Shown: piece by piece, positions 35,754 through 48,458 of the stretch | Layout of the letters: the number at the start of each line of letters is the position of its first letter | Position numbering within the stretch: the stretch's first letter is position 1 | Assembly (NCBI GenBank): GCA_965603825.1 | Contig: CBFDEM010000015.1 | Coordinates: 124,001-188,000 of the forward strand | Direction of reading: 5' to 3' | DNA: 64,000 nucleotides | From: Blepharisma stoltei ATCC 30299 | Lineage: Eukaryota > Protista > Ciliophora | The notes under the pieces: model-generated | What the model saw: the letters and a program-made list of their open reading frames with translations, nothing else | Told to the model about the DNA's origin: nothing | Database searches by the model: none | Program-made: the position numbers and the translations under genes

Positions 35754-38666
35754 ATGGAAGACTCAACACATAACAAATTAGAAGAATCTCTTTTCATTCT
35801 GCAGAGCAGCATGAGCCAGTTTAAAAATTCAGGCATTTTCCCACAAAATATTGAAGATTTGCCATCAGCTTTAAAACAGCTCGACGAGTGTCTTCAAAAA
35901 AGCAATGAAAATTTAATTGAGTTAAAAGAAAGCTTGAAATTTGTATTAGAAAGAGAATCGGCGCTTAGAGCAGAGCATGAAGTTTTGTATCAGCGCCATC
36001 AGTTTATGAAAGCGCTTTATGCAAATAAAGAAATCCATTTAACCCATACTTATTCACTAAAATTACAAAAATCTCAAGAATGCGGGAAAAAACTTTTGAA
36101 GCTTGAAGAAGAGCTTGAATGTGAAAGACAACGTAAAAAATAAATAGGTGTTAGAGAGCAAGATGATGAATTAACAAAAATACACCAAAATTATTTGCAG
36201 GAGCATGAAAAAGTGGTAAGTTTAGAAAAAGAAAGCTCAAAATACAAGAAAACTGTCGAAAAATTGCATGAAGCTATAAAAGTCCTTGATGAAGAAGCCC
36301 AGACTTGAAAAGAAAGGACGACAAATATGAGGGTGCAATTAGACGAAAAAGAAAACGCCATTGAAGAAGCACAGAGGATTATGGAGCTTGAAGTAAAAAA
36401 ATCGCAAAGAATGAAAGAAAAGTTTGATGAAATCCAAAAGAAGTGAGAAGAAAAAGAAAAAAAGTGAAAATCACTTCATGATGATCGAAAACAAGCAGAT
36501 AGCGAATTAAGGGGTAAGCTGGATGAAGCAAAAAAAGCTTATAAAGAGTCTGAAAAAATAAGAATTGGTATTGAAGAAGACAATTGGAATTTAAAAAAAG
36601 ACATTGAGTGCTTAAAGAAAAAATGCGAAATTTTAGAAAAAGATTTAGAAGAAACAAAAAAGAAAAATTTAAAAGAAAATATGGAAAAGCAAAGAATCAG
36701 TGAAGAGTTAGAAAAATTCCAAGAAGATCTTTCAGCTAAAGAACAAAAACTAAGAGATATCAGTGAAAAAAGAGAAAAATATATAAAAGAGCTTGAATCT
36801 CAAAATAGTTTATTAACAGAACAAGTTAATGAATATAAAGAAAAATATCAAGAAAAACTAAAAATGGTAGAAGAAATGGTCGCTGAAAACTCAAAAAATA
36901 ACTTAAAAATCACTGAGCTTACAGCTAAAGGTAAAAGAGATGAGGAAGCTAAAAAGCAATACATACAAATGGAGTCTAATTTTTCTCAGCTTTCAGAAAG
37001 ATATCAGAACCTTATTTATAAGCTGGAGCAGTCCGAAATCCAATTAAGAACCTTGCAAAATTCTTCTAAAAAGAATGAGCAATACCATGAAGAAGAAATT
37101 TTAAAACTCCACAAATCAGTTGAGGACTCTAAACTTCTATATGAAGAACAAATCCAATCCTTAGAAAGAGACAAGTCAAAGCTTGAAAACGACCTAAAAC
37201 GAGTCCGCTCAGACTATATAAGTTATGAAACTACCACAAAGCGTGCACACAGTGAAGTTGAGCTATGAAAAGCTGGGCTCCTAGACATATCCACTTATAG
37301 ACTCCTCGAAAGACCTCGAATTGAAGACATGTTTAGAGCCCTTCTAGGCGTCGCCCCAGAACGTCTAACAGGCTATGACCCAGAACAAGCTGAATACGTA
37401 GAAAACGTCATATCCCGAATGAAAGAAATTTTAAATAAAGAAAATATCGTCTGTGACCTCCAATCCAATGAAGCTTTAGCCAAAACAAACATGCTCCTCC
37501 AAGAAATGACTGAAAAGTACCGCAAAGAAATGGCAGAACGCCGAAGACTTAACCAGCTTCTTCAAGAAATCCGTGGGAACATCAGAGTTATGTGTAGAGT
37601 CCGTCCAATGCTACACGCAGAAAGAAATAACGTAGAATCAGTCCAAATTATGGACACTTGCCAAGTAAAAGTAATTAACACCTCAACTAGGAGAGAAAAC
37701 AGCTTTGAATTTGACAGAGTTTTCCCACCTACTGACCCTCAAGAGGTCATTTATTATGAAATCAGCGATTTAGTTATGTCTGTTATGAATGGGTATAATG
37801 CTTGTGTAATGGCTTATGGACAAACTGGGAGCGGGAAAACTTTTACTATGGAAGGGAACAAAAAGTGCTTAGGGATCAATTATAGGGCTGTCAGAGAAAT
37901 TTTTGAGCTTGCGGAATGCAGGAAAGAGACGCATAACTATACGATTTCTATGACAATTTTAGAAATTTATAATGACCAAATTAAGGATTTATTAGATATT
38001 ACACCTAGGAAGATTGAGATTAGGGAGGATTCAAAAGGAAATTCTCATGTACAAGGGGTCGATCCTATGCCTGTGAATTCTTATGCAGATATTATATCTG
38101 CTATAGAATGTGGAAAATCGAATAGAAGTGTAGGCTGCACAAATGTAAATGAATATAGCTCAAGGTCCCATTCTATTGTGACAATTTATATAAATTGTGT
38201 AAGCGAAGAAGGGAATTTCAGCTCAAAATTAAATTTAATTGATTTAGCTGGCAGTGAAAGGGTCTGGAAATCTGAAGCAGAAGGACTAAGAATGGTAGAA
38301 GCTTGCAATATAAATCAAAGCTTAACGTCATTAGGAAAAGTCCTTTATTCTTTAGCCGCAAAGCAAGCTCATATTCCTTATAGAGACTCCAAGCTTACCC
38401 ATTTATTAAAAGACTCTTTATCAGGAGATGCTAAAACTCTTATGATTATTTGTGTAAATCCTTCCCAAGACGACGTTTCTGAAACCACCTCATCTTTATC
38501 ATTCGGGTCACGTGTCGCTTGTGTTGAGAAAGGCAAAGCCAAGCAGCAAATAGAAAAAAGCAAAAAACCAGCTAAAAAGAAAAAATCACAAACGAATTTT
38601 AGCGAGTATGAGACAAGCGCAGAAGTTTCTCCGACTGTAATATCACCTAGAGGGTTGCGTAAATAA
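35754..38666 (+). CDS. Kinesin-14 family C-terminal motor, about 965 aa
   Basis: Long coiled coil, then neck ERRRLNQLLQEIRGNIRVMCRVRP, P-loop GQTGSGKT, SSRSH, DLAGSER, HIPYRDSKLT. One intron (36133-36147) and four TGA=Trp. Confidence 0.92.
36133..36147 (+). other. 15-nt intron (GTAAAAAATAAATAG)
   Basis: Contains the in-frame TAA at 36141-36143; the coiled-coil frame resumes after it. Confidence 0.85.
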
Positions 38667-38913
38667 TGAATTTAATTGTTAAAAAAATTAAAATCTATTA
38701 TTTGGCTATGAATTACTTATTTATTTTTGTTGAGTTAATTAAATGTACTGGGTGTTTCAATTTTGATGAGGCTTTTTCTATAATTCTAGCATAATTTCAA
38801 GATTTATTTTAAAACTATATACTCAATAGAGCTTGAATAATTAGCTTTATAAAGAAATTATAGATTTCCAGTGAATTTTTTACGGAAAAGCTTTTCAGAA
38901 AAATTATTACATC

Positions 38914-40350
38914 ATGAACATTTTGTTTACTTTGAAGGATATTTTCCCCAGACGTAAAAGCAGAATCAATCGACTATCAGCAGTTATGACTCCACTGTGA
39001 AGGACTTTGAATAAATCCACTATTACAACATGACATGATTTGCAAACAAGATGAAGCAATCAGCCAAATTGAAAACCAGCTTATACAGAAGGCTTATATG
39101 AGAATAAGCCGAATATGAGGATTTCTAATCAGCTTTTTAATCAATGAAGAGCGTTTGAGATGGCTTCCGCAATTTTTTCATGCTTAGGAATTATATCGTC
39201 ATCAATTGATTATGAGATGAGGTATTCTCCGTACCGAACTCATGATAATTGTGAAGAAGAAAGCTCAGTGTCCGATTTTTGAAAAACTTTTACGCTGTTT
39301 TCTACAATCGCTTCAATGGTTTTTTTATTAATGCGAGATCATAGCAAATCTCTTTGAGAAAGGTATCTTATCAAGATTGAGCCACATATCATAATTAAGC
39401 TGGGGAATTTCCCGGTGAAAATTGCAAAAATTCAGAAGAAGTGCTGGAATTTTCATAGGTTTCTTGATATTTTTCTCCTGTGTATATTCACATACCCACA
39501 TATGAATATTAAAATAGACATCCCTTATAGGTATAATTTTAGAACTATTGATACTTGTTATAATTTGAACGAAATTCTATATTACATAATGTTTTTTCGA
39601 ATTATACGATTGTATAAAGCGATTATGAGCTTTACTCCTTACCAAAACTATATCGCACGAAGCTTTTGTTTAAGGCAAAACACAAGTGCAAATGCAAGAT
39701 TTGCATTCCGATGCATGATTTTTCAGCATCCTACAAAAGTTGTTTTATTTTTACTTTTAATCCCGTCAATCATTATTTTTGGTTTAATGCTGAGGATTTT
39801 TGAAAGGCCGCTTTATGATTTAACAGGAAAAGACTTTACAGATCCAACAAATAGCATGTGATTGGTTTTTTCATCATTGGCGATGATTGGATATGGCGAT
39901 TATTTTCCATCTTCTATTTTTGGGAGAGTTACAGTTGCATTTTGCTGAATCACAGGAGCTATTGCGGTATCATTAGTTTTGCTAAACGCTGAAAAAAGAG
40001 GCCAGTTTTCAAAAGGGCAGAGTGAGGCATTTAGTTTAATTTTTTTATCAAAATCAGCAGCTAAGGTTGTACAAATGGCCATAAAATATTATACTTGTAA
40101 AAAGAAACATGGGAGTACCAGCTATTTCTCAAAAAGAGCTTACAAAGCTTTAGAAGATGCTATTAATAGGTTTAAAAAGAATAAGCTAGAATTAACAGAG
40201 CTAATTATGAAGAAGCAGCAGATGCTAGTCGAGGCTAAAAGAAGAGTGAAAGCTCTTGAAAAAAAGATGAGCGCAATGGAAAAACTCTACACAAAGCTTT
40301 TTACACATATAAAATGGAAATTAATTGCCAAGAACAGTAAAAAATATTAA
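38914..40350 (+). CDS. SK-like (small-conductance Ca2+-activated) K+ channel, about 478 aa
   Basis: One frame with 9 TGA=Trp. S4-like MFFRIIRLY, LRIFERP, pore TNSM-W-LVFSSLAMIGYGDYFPSSIFGR, IQ-like AAKVVQMAIKYY. Start ATG is tentative. Confidence 0.85.
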
Positions 40351-40390
40351 TTTATGTAAAAATGAGACGTTTCTTTGCAGAGTTTTATAA

Positions 40391-40759
40391 ATGGATAGGC
40401 GCTTATATCTTTCGAAATCTCATTCTCTAGCTGTCCTTTTCCCTCACAAAAACTCAGATAATGCAGGTTCTCCTAATGATACAGCTCACCCTCGAAAATA
40501 CTCTTTTCAGCATTACCAAAAGCCGAAATATCATACAATAGATAGGCAAGATTTAACAGATGAGGAATCAAAATTAATTTTCAAGATTTTAGACAGTAAT
40601 AAGGCAGGGTATTTAACGCCAGAAGACTTATTGAGTACTCTAGAAAAATCTGGAGAGTTTGTGACGAATGATGATGTTAATCAATTTTTTGAAATTGTTG
40701 ATGAAGATCTTGATTCAGTAATTACATATGATGATTTTTATTCTTTAATGAATTCTTAA
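40391..40759 (+). CDS. EF-hand Ca2+-binding protein (two EF hands), 122 aa
   Basis: Loops DSNKAGYLTPED and DEDLDSVITYDD in a calmodulin-lobe-like context. Confidence 0.85.
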   Translation: MDRRLYLSKSHSLAVLFPHKNSDNAGSPNDTAHPRKYSFQHYQKPKYHTIDRQDLTDEESKLIFKILDSNKAGYLTPEDLLSTLEKSGEFVTNDDVNQFFEIVDEDLDSVITYDDFYSLMNS

Positions 40760-40763
40760 GTTA

Positions 40764-42701
40764 TTATCTTGATCTATTAATTCTTTCACTTGTTTCCAAC
40801 ATTTTGCTGAATAAAGTATCCCAAATCGCTCGCAGCTTAATTGCGTGATTTGATTCACTTCTTGCAAACTCTCCAAAGTGTTCACAGGCAACTGATTTGG
40901 TTTCTTTGATAACTCTTTCAACTTCGCCTAGACTAAGAGTATTATGGTAGCCAAATAAATCTTTAATTTTATCAGTGCCTGCTTTGACATTACTTGACTT
41001 TTTATAACTCCCCATTAAATTTTCCCTTTCTCTGAGCAATTCTTTTAATGCTCCTGACTCCATGTAGCCATATTTAAAGAACATGTAAAAATAATCAGAT
41101 ATAAACTGTGACTGCTCTTTTTCATGCTCTGACCACTGATATATAGCTTCTTTTAAGCTATCATATACATACTGCTGATCTGTATTAAAATTCAATATTG
41201 ACTGCACATCTGCTAATTGTTTAATTAAATCTACAGAAGCTGCCAGAGATGCAGAAATTTTTGAAAAATCATCAACAACTGACTCAAAATGTCTTTTTAA
41301 TTTTTTCTTAATCGTTTCTGAATATGATAAATGGTCATTCATTTTTGAAATTGTTGAAGGCTGATCGCCTGTATTACAATGTAAATAGCCGTCAAAGCTA
41401 GGATATGTTTTTAGCCCGTCTAGTTTTCTCACCTTTTTGTTTTGCTCTTTAGCTGCATTTCATTCTTTTGCGCTGAACTCCTTTAAAAAAGACACCAAAA
41501 ATGTAGAAGTCCTAAGCATTCTGTTCGCTAATATAGAATTCATATATCTCTGCAAGAATTTTTGCCTTTTAATTGCCATCATTTGGCCAGTCTTACCAGT
41601 CGCCTTTTTTTCTGGAAGTGGGGGTATATAATAGCCAGGGAAACTATTTGCAAGGACTTCCCTGAGCAAAGCAAACTCACTGTAGCGTCTTTTTACTTCC
41701 CATCCAAAAGGATTAGTCGTGATTTTATACACAACGTAATTAGATCCAAAAAATCCTGCTTCCACAGTTTCAAAGGTAGGGATTTCAACAGTTGGATTTT
41801 GGTTTCTTGAAAGCTCAGTTTCTTTTACGAGCTGAGCTGGGAGCTCATAAGCTTCTCCGCCTATAGAAGGCTCTATATAATCTGAGCTTGGTTGTGCTGG
41901 AGGGGTCTCTTTTCTCTTATAACGAGGTTCTTCTTCACGCAGTAAAGGCTCAAATCTTGCTGGCTCAGAAACTTTGGTTTTTTCTATTGGCTTTGTAGCT
42001 ATTAATGGAGAATCTGGGCTTGCTTGAAGTTTTGGCTGATATTCGTATTTCTTTTTTTCTTCTGCAGGGTAGTCTGAGAGTTTTTGAGGAGCTTGAGCAG
42101 TTTTCCTTGCTATATTATGAATTGGGGTCTCAGTGTAATATTTTGGCTTATTTTTATCTTCTTTGGCGATATCGTGAACTGATGAGTCTAATAATTGGCC
42201 TTTAAGAGTATTGACTGCGCTTGGAGCTCGATCTCTCTCATTTGTGGGGACTGAAAGTGTGGAAGGTGCTGGCTGTGGTGGAGGAGGGGGAGGAGGAGTT
42301 GGCTCTGAGACTTTGGGCTTTTCTTTTTTCTTCTTTTCTTTTTTTGGGGGAGGACTCTCTGCTTTTTTAGAACTTGTCTGCTGAGTTTCTTCTGAAAGTT
42401 GAGGTTTTTTTGCTATTGGGATTTCATAGAGTCTTTTCTCTTTTTCTTTTTCTTGTCTTTCTTGTTCTTCGATTTCTTCAAGTGTCTGTCCTGCTCTGTA
42501 TTTATTTTTGAACTCTCTTACACAGTCGGAAAGTTCATCAAATGTCCATGCATCAATGTCAGCAGCTTTCATGTTTTCAAGGTATTGGGTGAACAGCTGT
42601 GGATCGTAGTTCATCTCAATGATTTCTTCTCTAAGGAAATTACGTTTCGCGTTACGTTCTGCTACTTCTAAATAATCTTCTTCATCACTTGAATAATCCA
42701 T
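40764..42701 (-). CDS. Sorting nexin (PX domain plus BAR-like helical C-terminus), 645 aa
   Basis: YVVYKITT..WEVKRRYSEF..LR..L..FPGYYIPPLPEK. TGA at 41460 links to the helical C-terminal ORF. Confidence 0.9.
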
Positions 42702-43521
42702 GTTTTAATGCAACTAAAGTTAATAGAAAATAAGATGAAAAATTCCAGGATTTTATTGGAAATTTAGGCTTATTATTGATTTTGGGTTAATTTTGTTTAT
42801 AAATAACTTGCTTGTCGTTTTGACAAGATCAGAAATACCAGCAATAGTTTGATAAGGCCTGTATAAGTTCTGATAATCTCAACTAGCAAAATATTAAAAA
42901 TAGAAGTTTTGGGATATTGAATGAAATGATAAATATAGATTAAAAATCTAGCATGCTTGATTTTTATTGATGGAGAGTAAAAAACTTGTGACCTTTACTA
43001 TTTCGCTTCATGATTTTGACATTTAAAAATAGATTCAAGATAGCATAACAAATCCTTATTTAAAAGAAAACTGTTAAATTATTCTCAACATAATAAATCT
43101 TAATTTGCATCGAAAATTCATTAATATTTTCCACCATTTTTCCAAACTAATTTCCCAAATTTCTGCATGTCATTCACATCTGCCAAGTGAAATACTAGAG
43201 CATGGACTACTGTTTTCCCAATATTGCATTGCTGTTCGCCTTTTTTTACGCCTTATTCATAGCGTATGTACAACCTTTACAGAACTCTATCTACTGAGAT
43301 CCCAATTACGATGATCTAATAAAAAGTTTACAGATGATGTACTCAAAATTGTCAACCTTTTCCCATAGTGATTAATATCTATATTTTAAGAAAAGAAAAC
43401 AAATTATCTTTAGATTGAGACATAAAAGCATCAAGATTGACTTATACTTACATTCTCATTAACTGATATTATCCCTATTTTACACTAACATATTAATTAT
43501 CAATAAACTACTCTAAACCAT

Positions 43522-45468
43522 TTATCTTTGCTGTTTTAATGCAAGCCTAGGGTCGCTCGGAGAAGGCCCCGAGCTCTTATTAAAATGTTTCATCACATCA
43601 GGATTTTTCAACAACTCCAGCAGCTCCTGTATCTTATTTGCCTCTTTCGGTTTTTCCGCTTTCTTCGTCGGATCCACAAACACCCCTAGCAGCTGTCCAT
43701 TTTCCAGCTTTGGATAAATTTTCACAATTTCTTCTACAGGCGGACATATATAAAGTACCGAATTTTTCATTTGTATATACCCCGCCCTTTGTTTTTCAGA
43801 AAAATAATTAACATACTCCTTAAACACCTCTTGCTGGGTCTCATTGGACGCTTCAAAAGTAACAAGCGCCAGCTGATAAAATTTAAAAATTTCTTGAAAC
43901 GCGACTCTATGTGAAATATTTATATGATAAAGTGTCGATGGAAAACACTCAGATTTGCCTTTAACCAATGTCGCGTCAATCCCTACCCTATAATTTTTGC
44001 TTCTGGTCATAAACCCTGACCATATCACAGAGCCTAAATGTGGGTCATCAGGCTCCGGGACTTCTTTGCTTGATATTTTAGACGCAGGACTTCCTGATGA
44101 GCTTGGTGCAGGGCTCATATTTGGAAACTGCTGTATATTCATATTAGGATACGGCATCCCTGGGAACATCTGTGGTCCTCCCATAAACATGGTCTGGAAT
44201 CTCAGCAGATTTTGCAAGGCTTCAGGCTGCTCCATGAGCTTTTTCGCGATTTCCGAGACTTCTTCCTTCCCCGACTTATCTTGAAACCTAACACCATTTT
44301 TCGTTCCATTTTTAGATACGATGTTATTTGTATTTTTAAAAGAAATTTCTACTGCAGAATCGCCTAATTCTCTTCTTCTAGATCCATCACTATCCTCAAT
44401 ATATAATTTTTTCCTTGCTTCTGAAGCTTGGTCACCTCTTTCGAAGTCCACAAAAGCATAAGGCCTTGAATTTGCTGTAGCTTGCCTTATAGAAATCCTT
44501 TTTACTTTGCCATATCGAGAAAACACGTCACGGAGTATATGTTCTGGTGGGACTGTGGCACCAGGTGGATAACCCAAAAACAAATTTTTAAAATGTTCAT
44601 CATCTATTGGGTTAAAATTAGGGTTTTCAGGAATTAAAGAATCGCCAACTATGTCAATTCGACGTGTTGGGTCCGCAAATGCAACTTTTACAGGACGATT
44701 ATCGACCATGGTGCCGTCTGCTCGTTCATAAGCCCGAGTGGCAGCTACAACTTTACGATATTTAATAAATGCAAAACCTTTAGAAGAAAACATTTCAATG
44801 CCTTCAATGTCGCCATAAGCTTTAAATGCGTCGTATAAGAGCTGTTTGTCCGTTGCTGGAGAAATGTTGCCGATTCAGACCTCGCGGACGAGGAAAAAAC
44901 CTTTGAAGTGTTCAGGGACGCCCGAAATGTTGAAAGCGGAAGGCTGGTGCTCGCTGAGAAGACGCTCGAGAAGGCCACGGTCCATGGGCTGGCCTGGCTT
45001 AGGGTTGGCGTTGTTCAGGAGCATTATGTTGGTAGCTTGGGCGTTGTGCTGGAAAGCTTGGTCACTTGGCATTATGTCACAGAGCCGTGGAGGGAGCATT
45101 TGAGGGATACTCGGGATTGAATAATAGTCTTTAGGAATTTCAGGAGGCAGCTGAGGATGTGGCTGCACTTGAGGGTTTTGCAAGGCTTCTCGGCTGTAGT
45201 TTACGCTCCAGCCTTTGGAATTCAGCTCTTTCATAGCTTTTTCAGCGATTTCAGGAGAGGGAAGCACGATAAAACCATAGACACTTTCACGTAGAGGCTG
45301 ACCATTGCTACCTTTTCGAATGATTTTTACATCTTTGATTTCGCCATAGGACTCGAAAACTTGTTGTAGGGCTTCTTCAGTGTATTGGACTGGAAGATTT
45401 TTTACGTGAAGCTTTACACCTTGGACAGGAGAGCGGCTTCTTGAGCGTTGACGAGTTTTTTGGGACAT
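43522..45468 (-). CDS. Three-RRM plus SPOC domain RNA-binding protein (FPA/RBM15/Spen family-like), 648 aa
   Basis: RNP motifs LHVKNL/VYGFI, V-W(TGA)-IGNI/KGFAFIKY and LFLGY/RPYAFVDF. C-terminal SPOC-like VIWSGFM..INISHRV..YFSEKQRAGYI..LYICPP. Confidence 0.85.
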
Positions 45469-45526
45469 TGATTTTAATTTATTATAAGATATGATAAGAA
45501 TTTTTATGAAATTATCATTGTTGTTA

Positions 45527-47956
45527 TTAATCTTTCTGACGTTGTGCTACAAAAGGTCGATTTTCCTGAAGCTTGAATCCTCTCATTTTTAAATGTTCTT
45601 GCAGTTCTTGGCTTGGCAAAGACTCACTGCTATCACCAGAAGGCTTATTGCTATATTGTGAAAACGACTTAAAAGAGTTAGAAACAGGGCTAATTCCTCT
45701 TGTAGGCCTAAAAGCTTGTTTAAAATTTTCTGTAGCCCTTGTTTTGTTAGCTTTCTCCAAAATAGTATTAACAAGTATGCTCTCAGTTTCTCCAGGCACA
45801 AATTTCCCTAAATCCTCAGAAATTGACATATCTGACTTCTCTACAGACTGGCTAGCTTTTTCTGAAGTATTAGTCCTTTTATTTAAATTTTCAAGCCTAG
45901 CTATTCTTTCATTCAAAGATTCTTCTGGATTTTTCTTTATAGGAACTGGCAAATCTCTTGTAGGTTCTAGCTCATTTTCTTCGTTAAATCCCTTTTCTTC
46001 TTCAATTTTTTTAACTTTTAGAGTTTGAGGGCTTATACTAAAGGCCTTTTCATTTTTAATTTTTCGATTATTCAAAAATTTGGGAGGCTTTGAAAGGTGA
46101 TCTTTTTCAAGCTGAGATATAGTTAATGGAGAAATCGTGTCACTTTTTTCTAAAAATATTTGCTTTTTGGTTTTATTTTCAGAAAAAGAGATATTTATTG
46201 TGTCTTCTTTTTCTGATATAACCTTGCTTTCTTCAAGGATTTGGGATTCTTTCATTTTTGAGATAGAAAAATCTCTAACACTAGCAAGCTCTCTTGCTAA
46301 TTTTTCATCAAGGGCGTACATTCTCTTTTCTAATGTGCTGATAGAATATAAAGTAGCTTCTTTTGTAGGGTCATTTTCATGCTCTCTCCTTAATTTCTCT
46401 TCTAAATTCTTCAATTTTTCATGAAAATCGTTTTTAATTGCTTCAGTAAAAGTCTTGATTTTTTTGACTTCTGCTTCTTTTTCTTCAATACTTTCAATTC
46501 TCTGCATAATTTCATTATAAAATTTTTCTTGATCAGCTCTCAATTTTGAGATTTTTACTGATGATTTTGAATGAGCGTCTATTTGGTTTCGGAGTTTTAT
46601 AATTTCTTCATTAAGATGATAAAGGTCACTTGATATATTTTCAATATTTGTGTTAATTGATGATTGGGATTCTCTGATATCATTAATTTCATTCTGGCTC
46701 ATTGTGCAGTTTTTAAAAGATTTTAGCTGATTTTTGATATCAATTTCGATTTTATCAATTTTTAGTTCTAAATCTTTTGAATTTTCACGGAGAGATGTAT
46801 TTTCATTTCCTATTTCTTCTAATAATTTCGATCGGTTTTTATCTTTATTTTCTAATAAGCTTATTTTTTCAAAAATTTCGTTAGCAGAACTTACTTGGCT
46901 TACAAAAGATGCCTCTTGATTTTTCTTTAGTTTTTCAATTTCTTTTGATAATACCTCTACAGTTTCTATCAAGCCGCTGCTCTTTTCAGAGCTATCACTA
47001 TTATTTTTATCAATTTTATTTTCAATTTCAATCATTTTATTCGATAGTTTTTCTAATTTTTCTTCGAAATTCTCCAATGTTAATGTAAAACTTTGAAAAT
47101 AACGTAAAATCCCTTCATCTTCTTTTCTGATATTTTCATTATTTTCATATTTAGTCATAGTGATAGGAGTTGGGTGTGGATTCGGGGTAATATTTTCAAT
47201 TATTATTTGTTCAGAATGTAAATTTCGTGGTGAATCATTAAATGCAGATATTGACGTTAAGGACTTATCAGGAAATTCCTCTTCAATGATTTCTGCAGGA
47301 ATGTCAGTTTTTCCATAAATTTCTGCTATAATATCATCTTCATCAGACATTAGTGTATTAAACTTGCATCCTGTGTCAGATAATGAAAACTGTGGTGTAT
47401 TAGGAACTACTTCATGAAGTATTTCATCAATTTGTATATATAAATCAGCAGGTTCAGTGTTTATTTTTTCTCCTTTCTTTTTATTTTCTTTAGATTTTTC
47501 AGGCGAGGATTTAATGTCTGGCTGATCAATAAAATTCTCTTCAAGATTTATATTAGACTTTGGAGAAGATTCAAAGGCTTGAAATTCAGGTTTTTCTGTT
47601 TTTCTTGGAGGTTTCGGTGGAGTTTCTTTATTTTTTGCATTATTTTCTTTAGTTTGAATTTTCTTTTGGTTGATTATTTCATATAATTCTCTTTCTATAT
47701 CTTTTTCAGCTTTTTCAAGCTTTAAAACTTCTTCGAGTGTTTGCCCAGGTTTGTATTTGTTTTTAAATGCCCATATACAGTCTGAAAGCTCATCAAAAGT
47801 CCACTCATCAATGTTTGTCCGCTTTAGATCTTCAACGAATTTTGTGAATAATCTAACATCGTAGTTCATTTCTATAAGTTCTTCTCGTAAGAAGCTTAGT
47901 TTGAGGTTTTGATCTGATTGCATCAAATAGCTTTCTTCGTTGTTTGAGGAATTCAT
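45527..47956 (-). CDS. Coiled-coil protein whose N-terminus is paralogous to that of the nearby sorting nexin, 809 aa
   Basis: FLREELIEMNYD..IDEWTFDELSDC..FKNKYKPGQTLEE matches the start of 40764-42701; no PX motif seen. Confidence 0.85.
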   Translation of the reverse strand: MNSSNNEESYLMQSDQNLKLSFLREELIEMNYDVRLFTKFVEDLKRTNIDEWTFDELSDCIWAFKNKYKPGQTLEEVLKLEKAEKDIERELYEIINQKKIQTKENNAKNKETPPKPPRKTEKPEFQAFESSPKSNINLEENFIDQPDIKSSPEKSKENKKKGEKINTEPADLYIQIDEILHEVVPNTPQFSLSDTGCKFNTLMSDEDDIIAEIYGKTDIPAEIIEEEFPDKSLTSISAFNDSPRNLHSEQIIIENITPNPHPTPITMTKYENNENIRKEDEGILRYFQSFTLTLENFEEKLEKLSNKMIEIENKIDKNNSDSSEKSSGLIETVEVLSKEIEKLKKNQEASFVSQVSSANEIFEKISLLENKDKNRSKLLEEIGNENTSLRENSKDLELKIDKIEIDIKNQLKSFKNCTMSQNEINDIRESQSSINTNIENISSDLYHLNEEIIKLRNQIDAHSKSSVKISKLRADQEKFYNEIMQRIESIEEKEAEVKKIKTFTEAIKNDFHEKLKNLEEKLRREHENDPTKEATLYSISTLEKRMYALDEKLARELASVRDFSISKMKESQILEESKVISEKEDTINISFSENKTKKQIFLEKSDTISPLTISQLEKDHLSKPPKFLNNRKIKNEKAFSISPQTLKVKKIEEEKGFNEENELEPTRDLPVPIKKNPEESLNERIARLENLNKRTNTSEKASQSVEKSDMSISEDLGKFVPGETESILVNTILEKANKTRATENFKQAFRPTRGISPVSNSFKSFSQYSNKPSGDSSESLPSQELQEHLKMRGFKLQENRPFVAQRQKD

Positions 47957-48458
47957 AAATACTTAAAATTAAAAATTAAAATGCATATTTTTGATTAATT
48001 GATAAATGAAAGATTTCTGCAATATTATGCTGGTTTTCTAAAATAATTATAGGATTTATTTTATTTTGTGATAAACTAGTGTTAAAGCTGATATTAATTT
48101 ATAAAAGTCTTGCTATGTTCGTAATACAATATTTGGTAATAACTTTTATGAGTCTTGAATGATTTTCAATTTTATTCCTAACCAAATCTCTTATATTAGG
48201 CTTTATTTAAAATAACGAACTGATGAAATTCTTAAATTTAGGAAATTCATCTTTAGTTTTGTATCTAATATCTAAAATAAAAACCGTTTTCGTTTATCTT
48301 TCTCTGTTTATTTTGATACTTTTAATTAATAAAACATAATTCTTTCAGTTATAAAAGTAACTTTTTAGATGTCTATTTCAGTCTTTTTCTTTTTAATTGC
48401 TTATTAACTCTATCAATTTTAAAAATTAAAAATCAATTATTGTTTGCCTATAAAAATA

